Assembly: GCA_050253415.1 (NCBI GenBank)
Contig: JBFWJC010000002.1
Span: forward strand, 256,001-320,000
Length of the DNA: 64,000 nucleotides
Source: Pedobacter sp.
GTDB lineage: Bacteria > Desulfobacterota > Desulfuromonadia > Desulfuromonadales > Syntrophotaleaceae
Direction of reading: 5' to 3'
Shown: piece after piece, positions 27,554 to 37,884 of the stretch
How the letters are laid out: each line of letters begins with the position of its first letter
Numbering within the stretch: position 1 is the first letter of the stretch
Position numbers and translations under genes: made by a program
Notes under the pieces: generated by a model
Databases searched by the model: none
The model's input: the letters and a program-made list of their open reading frames with translations, nothing else
Told to the model about the DNA's origin: nothing

Positions 27554-28597
27554 TTACTGTGCCGGGGTTTTCACCAGCGCAAGGCGGGCCTTTACAGGTA
27601 AATGATCCGAACCGCAGGACTCTTTCAAGGTTTCGGCGCTGACGGCGGAAAAGTCCCGGTTATAGAAAATATGGTCGATGCGCACCAGGGGCCAGGCCGG
27701 GAGGAATTCATCCCAGGCGTGTGCGTAGGCCGGATAGGAAAGACCGAACCCACGGCCGGCCTCCCAGTGGGCGTTGTGCAGATGCCGGGAGAGCATTTTA
27801 TAGGTCTGGCTTTTATCGGTTGTATTGAAATCCCCACCGAGGATGACCGGCCCTGGTGTGGTCAGTACATGTTCCTGCAGCAGGGTTGCCAACTGCCGGT
27901 GGCGGGCTTTCCAATTGCCGCGAAGAGGGTGCACATTGAACACGGTCACGGCGCCGGCGGGGGTGGCAACTTGCACCTTTTGCACTTTGGCCAACTTTCC
28001 ATCGGTCATCTGTTGCGTCACCGCATAGGGACTGATTACCGCCTGCAGCAGCCTTGGTGTATAGGCGACATGCCATTTCCCGGGGGCTCCGGTAGAGGAT
28101 TCTTCCAGAGCAAGAGTCAGTTCCTGTAACTGGTTCGGCATGATTTCCTGCAACAGCAGGATGTCAGGATGGTGTTCCCGGATAAGTTTCGCGGTTGGCA
28201 GCAGGGACTGGTTTTCCGACCAGACGTTAAAGCTCATGACTTCGAGGAATGCCAGCTTGCCAGGGGGCGGGGCATGACTGGGTAGAAACAGGGGCAGGTA
28301 GCTGAAGCCTATCGCAAGAGCCGGTGCGGCCAGTGCTATCGACAGCCAGATGCGTCGGAACAGGATTGCCGGTATCAGACCGGCCAGCAGGGAAAAAAGC
28401 ACCCATGGCAACAGGTAGCGGGTCAACCGCACCAGTAATAGTCTATCCCCCGTGGTCCAGGCCAGAACCAGGCAGGTGGATATCGTCAGGGCGAACACCC
28501 AGAGACTTGTCCAAAACCACATGCACAGGATCTGCATCGTCCATCGCAGAGTTCGGGACAGGGGCAAAGCAAACTTCTGAAAAATACTTGAAACCAT
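27554..28597 (-). CDS. Membrane-anchored endonuclease/exonuclease/phosphatase family protein
   Basis: MSFNV, LLQE, GDFN, RIDHI, SDHLP. Confidence 0.88.
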   Translation of the reverse strand: MVSSIFQKFALPLSRTLRWTMQILCMWFWTSLWVFALTISTCLVLAWTTGDRLLLVRLTRYLLPWVLFSLLAGLIPAILFRRIWLSIALAAPALAIGFSYLPLFLPSHAPPPGKLAFLEVMSFNVWSENQSLLPTAKLIREHHPDILLLQEIMPNQLQELTLALEESSTGAPGKWHVAYTPRLLQAVISPYAVTQQMTDGKLAKVQKVQVATPAGAVTVFNVHPLRGNWKARHRQLATLLQEHVLTTPGPVILGGDFNTTDKSQTYKMLSRHLHNAHWEAGRGFGLSYPAYAHAWDEFLPAWPLVRIDHIFYNRDFSAVSAETLKESCGSDHLPVKARLALVKTPAQ

Positions 28598-28693
28598 GGA
28601 GATCTCAGGGTCATAAAATGTTTATGGACTGGCAGGATGGGGCGAGGTACGAGCCCCATATTCTGCGCGCTATGGATGGATGCAACTCTCGCA

Positions 28694-29716
28694 TCACCCT
28701 TTGCCGGACATCCCGACCCCACCCACAATCTCACCGCAGTCCGGACATTTTCCGCCCGGCTTGATAGCGTTCTCGACGATGCTGAAGCCGAGGCGGCGGA
28801 TCAATATCCGGTCGCAGCCGGGGCAGGTGGTGTCGGTCTCTTCCGCCACGTTGCCCAGGTAGATGTGCCGCAAACCTGCCTCACGGCCGAGTTCTTCGGC
28901 CCAGTGCAACGTTGTAACCGGAGTGGGGGGCACGTGGTGCATGAGGTAATGAGGGAAAAAGCGGCTGATATGCCAGGGGGTGTCGGGTCCCAGTTCCCGG
29001 TATACGAATTCCACCAGTTCCTTGAGCTCTGTCGGGTCGTCGTTGAGGCCGGGGATGATCAAGGTGGTTACTTCCAGCCAGATACCCTGGGCCTTTATCT
29101 TTATGAGGCTGTCGAGTACCGGCTGCAGCCGGGCCCCGATATGACGGCGGTAGGTTTTGTCACGAAAAGCCTTGAGGTCGACGTTGGCGGCATCCAGCCA
29201 GGGGTGGGCGGTGTCAAGCATCTCGGGTGTCATGTAGCCGTTGGTGACGTAGATGTTGGCCAGTCCGGCGTCTCGGGCCAGGCGGGCGGTGTCGTGCGAG
29301 TATTCGAAAAAGATGGTCGGCTCGGTATAGGTGTAGGCGATAGAGCGGCAGCCGGCGAGTTGCGCCTCGGATACGATCTGCTCCGGAGTAGCCGGATAGC
29401 CGCTGATCAGATGCTGGTCGCGCGGCATCTGGGAAATTTCCGAGTTCTGGCACCATTCGCAGCGGAAGTTGCAACCCGGCGTGGCGATGGAATAGGACAG
29501 GGAGCCGGGGTGAAAGTGGAACAGCGGTTTTTTCTCGATCGGATCGACGGCCTGGCTGATGGTGCGGCCGTAGACCAGGGTGTAGAGTGTTCCCCCGCGG
29601 TTTTCCCGTACCTGGCAGAGCCCCTTATGTCCGTCGGCTATGGTGCAGCGGTGGGCGCACAGTCGGCAGCGAACCCGGCTGTCGGAAAGTTTGTCGTAGA
29701 GCATCGCTTCTTTCAT
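28694..29716 (-). CDS. amrS: AmmeMemoRadiSam system radical SAM enzyme
   Basis: CRLCAHRC, DPIEKKPLFHF, GCNFRCEWCQN, YTYTEP. Confidence 0.9.
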   Translation of the reverse strand: MKEAMLYDKLSDSRVRCRLCAHRCTIADGHKGLCQVRENRGGTLYTLVYGRTISQAVDPIEKKPLFHFHPGSLSYSIATPGCNFRCEWCQNSEISQMPRDQHLISGYPATPEQIVSEAQLAGCRSIAYTYTEPTIFFEYSHDTARLARDAGLANIYVTNGYMTPEMLDTAHPWLDAANVDLKAFRDKTYRRHIGARLQPVLDSLIKIKAQGIWLEVTTLIIPGLNDDPTELKELVEFVYRELGPDTPWHISRFFPHYLMHHVPPTPVTTLHWAEELGREAGLRHIYLGNVAEETDTTCPGCDRILIRRLGFSIVENAIKPGGKCPDCGEIVGGVGMSGKG

Positions 29717-29880
29717 CGGTGGTCCTCCCTTTTTTATCGGATCAGATTTCCAGTTTATCAGCTCCTGCTGAATTTTCGGGATCGGATCGGGTAAAACTGT
29801 CGGTCGGACGGAGGAGTGGGTGAGGCCGGTTCTCCGGTGAACGCAGAGAACTCTGGATAAACACCTTGAACCCCAATACA

Positions 29881-29964
29881 AACAAGGATGGTTCGGATAT
29901 TCAGGATAAATGCCCGAGATCCGAAACTTTGACTTTCATCCTGAGTATCCTGTATATCCTTGTT
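29881..29964. repeat. Inverted array of 9-nt GGAT-core repeats
   Basis: AACAAGGATGGTTCGGATATTCAGGAT versus ATCCTGAGTATCCTGTATATCCTTGTT. Confidence 0.7.
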
Positions 29965-30068
29965 AATTTTTGTCCTTGTCTTGATTGACGTACTATGGAA
30001 CCTATTGCAAAGAGCCAAAACCTGCTACTTTATGGTATACGTTTGTTACGCAGATACAGGAGAAAACC

Positions 30069-30518
30069 ATGCAACCGAAAGCCAGAGCCATCATCATCGA
30101 TGATGATGCCTCGTGTAGGGCCTTGTTGGAAGTGCTGCTTAAACAAAGAGGCTACGAAGTAATCAGCCTTTCCGACCCGACGGCCTGCCCACTCTATGCC
30201 AACTCGCAATGCACCTGCCCTCAGGATCACGCCTGCGGTGACTTTTTACTGACCGACAACCGGATGCCGCGCATGACCGGTATAGAGTTTGTGGAGCGCC
30301 AGTCGCAAAGGGGCTGCAAAGGGATCGTCAGCAATAAGGCAATTCTGTCCGGAACCTGGGATGATGAGGAATTGGCCCATGCCGAGCGGCTCGGTTGCCA
30401 GGTGTTCGACAAACCCTATAATTTCACAGAAATCATGGACTGGCTGGATGAGCGGGAAAAGCAGATCCTGCCGGGGCGCAAACTGGTGGTTTTCGACAGT
30501 GACCATTACGCTCACTGA
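30069..30518 (+). CDS. Single-domain response regulator with Cys-rich insertion
   Basis: IIDDD, LLTDNRMP, KP; insert CPLYANSQCTCPQDHAC. Confidence 0.85.
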   Translation: MQPKARAIIIDDDASCRALLEVLLKQRGYEVISLSDPTACPLYANSQCTCPQDHACGDFLLTDNRMPRMTGIEFVERQSQRGCKGIVSNKAILSGTWDDEELAHAERLGCQVFDKPYNFTEIMDWLDEREKQILPGRKLVVFDSDHYAH

Positions 30519-30579
30519 GCCAGAATCCTATAGGTTTTTGGCTGATTCATAAACACAAACAACGACGCAGGAGTCTCCG

Positions 30580-31398
30580 ATGGCGCAAACGGTATCCGTG
30601 GAAATCTTCATTATCGGTAATGAAATCCTCAATGGCGAAATCCAGGATACCAATACCCACTGGTTATGCCGGGAAATCACCCAACTTGGTGGCAAGGTGG
30701 TGCGTGGTACGGTCCTTGGCGACGATCTTGACGTCGTGACCGCGGCCCTGCAGGCGGCACTGGCGCGGCACACGCGGGTGATCGTGACAGCCGGCGGCCT
30801 CGGTCCGACGGCCGACGATCTGACCCTGGCGGCGGTGGCCAAGGGGGCCGGGGTGCCGCTGCGGCTGCATGAGCAGGCACGGCAGATGATCCGGCAGAGC
30901 TACGATAGGCTTCATGAGCGGGGCGTGCTGGAGGTCGGGGGGCTGACCCCGGCGCGGGAAAAGATGGCGTGGCTGCCCGAGGGTGCCCGCACCCTGGTGA
31001 ATCCGGTCGGTACCGCGCCCGGCGTGCTGCTGCAGGTCGGCGAGACGACCATCATCAGCCTGCCCGGGGTGCCGCCGGAACTGAAGGGGATTTTCAGCAG
31101 TTCCATGCAGCCGTTTTTACACGAAACCTTTGAGGGCGGGCTCTCCGTTCTGCATACCTTGACGGTGCAATGCAACGACGAATCGCTGCTCGAGCCGGTG
31201 CTCAGTCGTGTGGTGCCGGCGCATCCCGACGTGTACATCAAATCGCTGGCTACCCGGCCGGGTGAGATGGCCGAGCTGGATATCTTTGTCACCGCCACCG
31301 GATCCGATCTGGCTACGGTGCAGGCGCTCATCGATGCGGCTGTTAGCGATCTCAAGCTGGGGATTACCGGTTTGGGCTTTTCCCTTCAGGACAAATAA
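30580..31398 (+). CDS. CinA-like molybdopterin-binding (MocF) domain protein
   Basis: IGNEILNG...DTN, GGLGPT.DD.T, N..GTAPG, LPGVP.E. Confidence 0.85.
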   Translation: MAQTVSVEIFIIGNEILNGEIQDTNTHWLCREITQLGGKVVRGTVLGDDLDVVTAALQAALARHTRVIVTAGGLGPTADDLTLAAVAKGAGVPLRLHEQARQMIRQSYDRLHERGVLEVGGLTPAREKMAWLPEGARTLVNPVGTAPGVLLQVGETTIISLPGVPPELKGIFSSSMQPFLHETFEGGLSVLHTLTVQCNDESLLEPVLSRVVPAHPDVYIKSLATRPGEMAELDIFVTATGSDLATVQALIDAAVSDLKLGITGLGFSLQDK

Positions 31399-31582
31399 AC
31401 GCCTTAGATGGGGTAACTTCTGCCGCTGCGGCTATTTTTCCGCAGCCGCGGAATCCATTCCGCCATCGCTGTTTTTTCCAGCCACTCCTTTCTAATCCTT
31501 GTTAAGCATTCTCTTTTTCGCAAGGGGATAATGCCCGGCAGCTTGCCTTCCTGTACAATGAATGGATAAAGGAGGTGACGCC

Positions 31583-32410
31583 ATGATCCCCAAACGTGTA
31601 CTCGGTAAAACCGGCGCGGAAGTGACCTGCATGGGCCTGGGCGGCGAGGGTGTGTTGCGCAGTTTCGGTCGCGCGAAGGAAGCCAGGGATCTGATAGCGC
31701 GGGCCCTCGATCGGGGCATCACCTACATGGAATCGGCACGGGCTTATTCCGGCAGCGAGGCTTATTACGGACAGGCGTTAGGCGAGCGGCGCAAGGAGAT
31801 CTTTCTGGCCAGCAAGGCCCATGACCGGACCGCCGGCGGAGCCTGGACGCAGCTGCATGAAACCCTGGAAAACATGCGTACCGAGTGGCTCGATCTTTGG
31901 CAGGTGCACGATGTGCGCACGCAACGGGATCTGGAGGATATCTTCGGCCCGGGTGGGGCCATCGAGGCTTTTGAGCGGGCCAAGCGCGAGGGCAAGGTGC
32001 GGTTTGTCGGCGTTACCGGCCATGAAAACCCGGACATTCTGTTGCAGGCTTTCGACCTGTACGATTTCGACACGGTACTGATGCCGGTCAATCCGGCTGA
32101 GCCGGCCTGGGCCAGTTTCCCCGAAAAGGTATTGCCCGAAGCCGAAGTCCGCGGCATGGGTATTGTCGGCATGAAGGTGCTGTGTCGCGGCTTCGGTCTG
32201 CAACTGCCCGGTTTGCAGACCCCCGTCCCCTGGTTGCGCTATGCACTCGCGCAGGGCGTTTCGACCATGGTCATAGGCTGCGACGATCCGCTGCAGCTGG
32301 AGCAAAATATCGCCGCCTGCAACGAGCCGCCCATGACCGCGAGCGAGTGCCGCAAACTGGAGGCTGCGGTGGCACCTTGGGCGCGGAAACTCATGTACTA
32401 TAAACCGTAA
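31583..32410 (+). CDS. Aldo/keto reductase
   Basis: R.LGKTG..V..GLG, DLWQVH, GKVRFVGVTGH. Confidence 0.9.
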   Translation: MIPKRVLGKTGAEVTCMGLGGEGVLRSFGRAKEARDLIARALDRGITYMESARAYSGSEAYYGQALGERRKEIFLASKAHDRTAGGAWTQLHETLENMRTEWLDLWQVHDVRTQRDLEDIFGPGGAIEAFERAKREGKVRFVGVTGHENPDILLQAFDLYDFDTVLMPVNPAEPAWASFPEKVLPEAEVRGMGIVGMKVLCRGFGLQLPGLQTPVPWLRYALAQGVSTMVIGCDDPLQLEQNIAACNEPPMTASECRKLEAAVAPWARKLMYYKP

Positions 32411-32569
32411 GCAAGTTGTCAGCTGTAAGCCGTCAGTCGTCAGCTGGGAGCTGGGAGCTAAGATATTTCTCGCGCAAGTCGTTAGTTAGTCAGATATATA
32501 ACCCCTTCCATCCCCTGGCCAGTCCTGCTAAAATCCGGCTATTCATTTTCATTAACCAAGGGATCAAAA

Positions 32570-33235
32570 ATGTTCAAGCGTTGGGCGTATCGGATTCTGT
32601 GTATCTGTTTTTTGATCTGTATTTTTACCGGGGGATATTGTTGGGCCGCCGAACCAACCCTGCAACGGGATATCGAGGATCTTGAGGCGCGTATCGCTGC
32701 GTATGTGCCGGACAGTGCCTACCGGGATGACCGTTTCGGTTTGATCGTGGTTAAGCAAGCTATCGTCAGTCTCAAGGCAGGTTCGGGGGGCATCGGTGCG
32801 TGTCTGGTGGATGCCAAAACCGGCAAGGTGGTCGAAAAAGGCCGCAATCGCCAATACAACCCCTATTTTCGCAGCGATATGCATGCGGAAATGGATCTGC
32901 TGAACCGCTACGAGGATCGCCTGCGAAAGCAGGGGGGCTCCAATTCCACCAACGATCCGCGTCAGTGCGGTGACCTGATTCTGTTCACTTCCACCGAGCC
33001 CTGTCCCATGTGCCTGACCCGCATTATCAACTCCGGCATCAAGCATATGTATTATCTCAATCCGGACATGGACGGGGGGATGGCGCATCGTATGGAGCAT
33101 TTGCCCAAGTTCTGGCGTGATTTTGCCGCCGATCGCGATTTTCGTCAGGCGGAATGTTCCCCGGCTCTTAAAACAATTGCCGAGGATCTGTTCCGCTATT
33201 CCGTACGTTCCTTTGCCAGAAACAACCCCCACTGA
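32570..33235 (+). CDS. Exported zinc-dependent nucleoside deaminase
   Basis: Signal peptide; HAE and EPCPMC motifs. Confidence 0.82.
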   Translation: MFKRWAYRILCICFLICIFTGGYCWAAEPTLQRDIEDLEARIAAYVPDSAYRDDRFGLIVVKQAIVSLKAGSGGIGACLVDAKTGKVVEKGRNRQYNPYFRSDMHAEMDLLNRYEDRLRKQGGSNSTNDPRQCGDLILFTSTEPCPMCLTRIINSGIKHMYYLNPDMDGGMAHRMEHLPKFWRDFAADRDFRQAECSPALKTIAEDLFRYSVRSFARNNPH

Positions 33236-33483
33236 CGGTTCTCAAGCAAAAAAGGGGGGGGCGGCAACGCCCAGAGTTTTTTCTGCATCCGCGCGTCTTC
33301 CAACTTTTCCGTGTAAACCAAGTGCCTCATCTTTCGTCTAAACTATCAAAAGAACCCGACTTACTTTACTACCCCTGATAATCGGTCCGAATCCCGGTTG
33401 AAATTTACGGATATCGGCCCGAGGGGAAAGCGCAGGTTGCGTGGATAGCACCATTGATGCTGGCACCTGCAGGGAGATAAACC

Positions 33484-34593
33484 ATGAGATGGATGGCACT
33501 GGCATTCACGGTAATGCTGACAACTTTATTCGGGGCAGGGGTGGTCTTCGCACAGACTGTCGCCACTCTGGATGAGCCGGAACAGATGGCCATGTCGGAT
33601 ACTTTGCAATACGCCTTGGAGAATAATCCGAGCAACGAGGTTTCCAACTGGGTGAACCCCGATACCGGCCGTTCCGGGGCGGTGGTGCCGGTGAAGACCT
33701 ATACCAACGAGGCGGGTCTGCCGTGCCGCGAATTTGTCACCACGATCGTTATCGGCGGCAAAGAAGAGCAGGGTTATGGCACCGCCTGCCGTCAACCGGA
33801 TGGCTCGTGGCAGATCGTGACCGATGGGCAGGATACCGTTGCACCGGAACCCCCGGCCAGCGTTTATGTTTATACACCGCCGGAACGCTATGTCTATGTC
33901 TACCCCGACATGTACTACAATTACCCGTCGAGTTTTTATTATCCGTACAATATCTTCCTCAGTTTCAGCTATGTCTATCGCAGCGGGTATGTACATTACG
34001 GTGCCTATTACCTGGATGGCCCGAGTTTCCGCCACCGTTATCCGGTGCATGTGCGTTCGCGGATTTATGTGGGCCCAAGGATATTCTCCCATCATCGCTG
34101 GTTTTATCGTCCCGCGGTGCACTATCGCCATGTTGTGCGGCCGCCGGTTCATCGTGATCGGTATGAATACCGTAACCGGGACGCCACCAGGCCTGTCTAT
34201 CGCGAACGGCAGGAATATCGCCAACGCCAGATTCTTCAACATCAGGATCATATCCGTCAGGACCCGCGCCGACAGCCTGCAACAAATGTAGAACGTCAGC
34301 GCCAGATCCAGCGAAATCAGGACCGGGACCGTCGGGACCAGCGCCGACAACCTGCAGCGAATGTGGAACGTCATCGCCAGGTCCAGCGCGAGCAAAATCG
34401 CGTCCAGGTGCAGCCGCGGCAACAACGGCAACCCGGGGCGAATGTTGAGCGGACGCAGCCCAGGACTTATCAACGTGCTCCTTTGACCCAGACACGTGAA
34501 AGACAACAGGTGAACAGGGAAGCCGGCACGTCTCGTCATGACAGCACGCGGCAGGGACAAGACCACTACGAAGGGAGGCAGCGCAGTCGTTAG
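33484..34593 (+). CDS. Secreted 17-kDa-antigen (RT0821/Lpp0805)-like protein with Tyr-rich and Arg/Gln-repeat tail
   Basis: Signal peptide; W.NPDTG.SG, CREF..TI.IGG....YGTACRQPDGSW. Confidence 0.8.
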   Translation: MRWMALAFTVMLTTLFGAGVVFAQTVATLDEPEQMAMSDTLQYALENNPSNEVSNWVNPDTGRSGAVVPVKTYTNEAGLPCREFVTTIVIGGKEEQGYGTACRQPDGSWQIVTDGQDTVAPEPPASVYVYTPPERYVYVYPDMYYNYPSSFYYPYNIFLSFSYVYRSGYVHYGAYYLDGPSFRHRYPVHVRSRIYVGPRIFSHHRWFYRPAVHYRHVVRPPVHRDRYEYRNRDATRPVYRERQEYRQRQILQHQDHIRQDPRRQPATNVERQRQIQRNQDRDRRDQRRQPAANVERHRQVQREQNRVQVQPRQQRQPGANVERTQPRTYQRAPLTQTRERQQVNREAGTSRHDSTRQGQDHYEGRQRSR

Positions 34594-34822
34594 CGGCTGA
34601 CATCCAGCCTGGATCCGTACGCTGAAAACGATCCTCGGATTGAAATCGCCCGACCGGCATGCCCGGTCGGGCGATCTTGTATGGGCTTTGTAACCGGATG
34701 TCTCCCTTCCTGGGTAAATATTTTCATTTTTTTTACACAGTTCCTCCATATTGACATGATATCTCTTTGCCTTAAGAACACTCGCGATCACTAACATCAT
34801 TTATCGTGCTGAGGCATAGACT

Positions 34823-35530
34823 ATGGATAATCCCGCTTTCCATGGAAAGAGTATCTGGGTTCTCGCACACCAGAATCAACCGGACCCGTCCGTCCTGGAA
34901 GATCTGATGGTGGGAGGCTATCAACTGCAACCGGTCGCTATTCGTAAGAGTTCCACATTGCATCCGCCGCTGGGCACCGACTTGGCGCTTTTGGATCTGG
35001 CCGCCTCGACCCAGGACGCCATGACAGCGATTATGCGTCTGCGGGAGGATTATCAAGGACCGCTGGCGGTGCTGGACGAGCACCCTAATGAAAGGCGTCA
35101 TATTCTGGCCCTTGAAATCGGGGCGGACGATTACCTGCAAAAGCCTGTCAGCTCCACTATGCTGTCGGCGCGCATCGAAGCTTTGCTGCGCCGTTACCAG
35201 TTCACGGACGTCGCGCCCCATGCTGTCATTAATCTGGGAGACCTCGCCATCGACGCTGCGCGCAGGGAGGTAACTCACGCAGGGCGGATTATTCCGTTAA
35301 CGACCGTTGAATTCAAACTTCTCTGGCATCTTGCCACGCATGCGGGATCGATTGTCAGTCGTAACGATATCCATATGGCCCTTTACAATCGGGAATATAA
35401 CGGCATCGACCGTTCTGTCGACATGTACATTTCCAGGGTCCGAAAAAAATTGAACGACAATCCCGCCAACCCCAAGCTGCTCAAAACGATACGGGGCGAC
35501 GGTTACCTGCTCGTTTCCTCCGCAACTTGA
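34823..35530 (+). CDS. OmpR-family response regulator with degenerate receiver
   Basis: GADDYL.KP, LT..EF.LL, RSVD.YISR.RKKL, TIRG.GY. Confidence 0.85.
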   Translation: MDNPAFHGKSIWVLAHQNQPDPSVLEDLMVGGYQLQPVAIRKSSTLHPPLGTDLALLDLAASTQDAMTAIMRLREDYQGPLAVLDEHPNERRHILALEIGADDYLQKPVSSTMLSARIEALLRRYQFTDVAPHAVINLGDLAIDAARREVTHAGRIIPLTTVEFKLLWHLATHAGSIVSRNDIHMALYNREYNGIDRSVDMYISRVRKKLNDNPANPKLLKTIRGDGYLLVSSAT

Positions 35531-35740
35531 ATGTTTTTTATGGCCAATAAAACAGGGGGCTTTGCGTCCCCCTGTTTTGGTCTTGTCGCGTCCATACCCA
35601 TCCCGTCTTTGCGCGTCGTTTACCCCTTAAACCTTGCATTTAATTTCCCAGCTGCGCTAGATTAATGCAGGCATTGCCCAGAGATGTTTTCCCTGGCATG
35701 TGACTGTATCTATTCAATTTTCTATGGGGGGGTATCATTT

Positions 35741-37111
35741 ATGCCGATCCGTTGGGATGTCAGGGAACATCTGTCCCTGGGAAAATACGTAACTCGCTGG
35801 TTTCTCATGACTTTGCCGGTCGCAGCCCTGGTGGGATCTGCTGTGGCGCTGTTTTTGTGGCTGCTTCATGAAGCTACGGTGCTGCGCTGGGAGTTCCCCT
35901 GGTTGGTTTACTTTTTACCGTTGGCCGGCATCGCCATCGTTGTGACCTATACCCGCTACGGTAAAAATTCCGAAGGGGGCAACAATCTGGTGATGGAGCA
36001 GATTCACCAACCGGGCGGCGGCATTCCCTTGCGTATGACGCCGCTGGTCCTGCTCGGCACCGTCATCACTCACCTGTTCGGCGGTTCGGCCGGACGAGAA
36101 GGTACCGCAGTCCAGATGGGCGGCAGTATCGCCCAGGTATTCGTTTCTCCGTTCCGACTCAATGAGGGGGATACCCGGATCCTGCTTTCCGCAGGGGTGG
36201 CGGCCGGTTTCGGGGCCGTTTTTGGTACGCCGCTGACCGGTGCGATTTTCGCACTGGAGGTGTTGGCGCTTGGGAGCATGCGTTACAATGCCCTGCTTCC
36301 CTGTCTTATGGCCAGCGTCATGGGGGATTTTTTCTGCACGGCCTGGGGCATCGGTCATACCCAGTATCACATCGGTAATGCGGCTATGCAGATCGTTCTG
36401 CCCGACTTTCATATCGATCCATTGTTGGCGGGCAAAATCATCCTGGCATCGGTGGCGTTCGGTCTGGCAGGTTTCTTTTTCGCCGAGCTTACGCATACCT
36501 TTCAGAGGATCTTCAAGCAGTTGGTCAAAGTCTATTGGCTGCGCCCCGTTGTCGGTGCGGCTCTGGTGCTTGGTATTACCTGGATGCTCGGTACCCGTGA
36601 CTATCTGGGTATCGGAGTGACTACCGCCACGGGCGAGGGCGTCTCCATCGTGAATGCTTTTACCGCCGGTGGGGCAACTTACTGGAGCTGGTTCTGGAAG
36701 CTGTTGTTGACGGCTATTACCTTAAGTGCCGGCTTCAAGGGCGGCGAGGTGACGCCGCTGTTTTTTGTCGGTGCCACCCTCGGTGCGGCGCTGGCGAATT
36801 TACTCGGTGTACCGGTGGATCTGCTGGCCGGGATCGGCTTTATCGCCGTGTTCGCCGGGGCCACCAACACCCCTCTGGCCTGTACCATCATGGGTGTAGA
36901 ACTGTTCGGTTCGCAATACTTGATCTATTTCGCCACCGGTTGCTTCTTTGCTTACCTGTTCAGCGGTCATTCCGGTATTTATCTGTCGCAACGCATCGGC
37001 TTTGCCAAGGGTAATCATTTGGAACACGGCGATGAGAGTTGTCTGCGCAGCATTCGCGAAGATCGGTCGTCGTTGTTTTCAAATCTGTTTAAGCCAAAGG
37101 ATCGTTCATAA
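35741..37111 (+). CDS. CLC-family anion/H+ antiporter, CLC-F (fluoride) clade
   Basis: GNNLV, GREGT and GEVTP signature motifs. Confidence 0.85.
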   Translation: MPIRWDVREHLSLGKYVTRWFLMTLPVAALVGSAVALFLWLLHEATVLRWEFPWLVYFLPLAGIAIVVTYTRYGKNSEGGNNLVMEQIHQPGGGIPLRMTPLVLLGTVITHLFGGSAGREGTAVQMGGSIAQVFVSPFRLNEGDTRILLSAGVAAGFGAVFGTPLTGAIFALEVLALGSMRYNALLPCLMASVMGDFFCTAWGIGHTQYHIGNAAMQIVLPDFHIDPLLAGKIILASVAFGLAGFFFAELTHTFQRIFKQLVKVYWLRPVVGAALVLGITWMLGTRDYLGIGVTTATGEGVSIVNAFTAGGATYWSWFWKLLLTAITLSAGFKGGEVTPLFFVGATLGAALANLLGVPVDLLAGIGFIAVFAGATNTPLACTIMGVELFGSQYLIYFATGCFFAYLFSGHSGIYLSQRIGFAKGNHLEHGDESCLRSIREDRSSLFSNLFKPKDRS

Positions 37112-37145
37112 GGTTTTGGGGGAGCTTTTCCCCCAAAAACCTTAG

Positions 37146-37356
37146 TCAAGACCGCGGGGTTGCGCCCCGCCCGTCGCCTTACTCTTTTAAAACGCGTCAA
37201 AAGAGTAAGCAGAAAAGCGCGCCCCTTTCCTTGCCCGCCTGCGGCGGGTGCCCTGTGCTGCGCAACCGTCGGGCGGGCGGAGAAGATTCGCTGCGCTCAG
37301 TCCTCCGCCTGTTTCGCCCGTCGGTCGCTCCGCTCCGGCGGCGTCACAGGGGGAAA
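37146..37356. repeat. Palindromic repeat module A, copy 1
   Basis: Reverse complement (with internal deletion) at 43062-43201. Confidence 0.9.
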
Positions 37357-37390
37357 TCAAAATCAAAAACGAAGACAACCATAAAAGGGT

Positions 37391-37638
37391 TTATCAAATC
37401 TAGCAACGCCGGTTCCTGCAACAGCTGTGCTGCGAGATGTGCGCATGACCTCTGCTGAAAAATGCGACCTACGAAGATGCGTCGGTTATCATTCGATATT
37501 CCGGTAATTTGACGCAATCAACTTGGCGTCAGACATAACGGCGAAGCCAGATTTTACGTCATTTCTTTGGATACTTTCTTTAGACGGGTAAAGAAAATAT
37601 CCCGGCTGCCGGCCGGGACCGGCGGTGTTGAAGTTAAG
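37391..37638. repeat. Palindromic repeat module B, copy 1
   Basis: Reverse complements at 40609-40843 and 43224-43472. Confidence 0.9.
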
Positions 37639-37813
37639 GTTTCAAACCCTCCAACAATCAAACACCAACATCAAAACCGCGGGCTCGCACCCCGCGCAAT
37701 ATAAAGCTTCCCTTCCATCTTTTTGCCCAAAAAACAGGCAATGCCTGTTTTTCAATCTTCGTTATTCTCTCCTCCTTTCATGTAACATGCCGAAAAAACG
37801 CAATATTAAAGGA

Positions 37814-37829
37814 TGGCAGGAGTTTTGCT
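37814..37829 (+). promoter_or_regulatory. Sigma54 -24/-12 promoter of nifEN
   Basis: TGGCAGGAGTTTTGCT, about 55 nt before nifE. Confidence 0.75.
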
Positions 37830-37884
37830 TTATATAACTCCGTAACATCTGCCCCGTTCTCCCTCCGGGCTTTTTCCCCCTGTC

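Noticed and set aside
28694..29716. amrS without amrA/amrB as a novelty
   Set aside because: The partner genes may lie elsewhere in the genome, which cannot be judged from this window.
35580..35740. Fluoride riboswitch before the CLC-F gene
   Set aside because: No convincing GGCGATGG..TTCGCC-type core is visible; an Infernal search with the crcB model would settle it.
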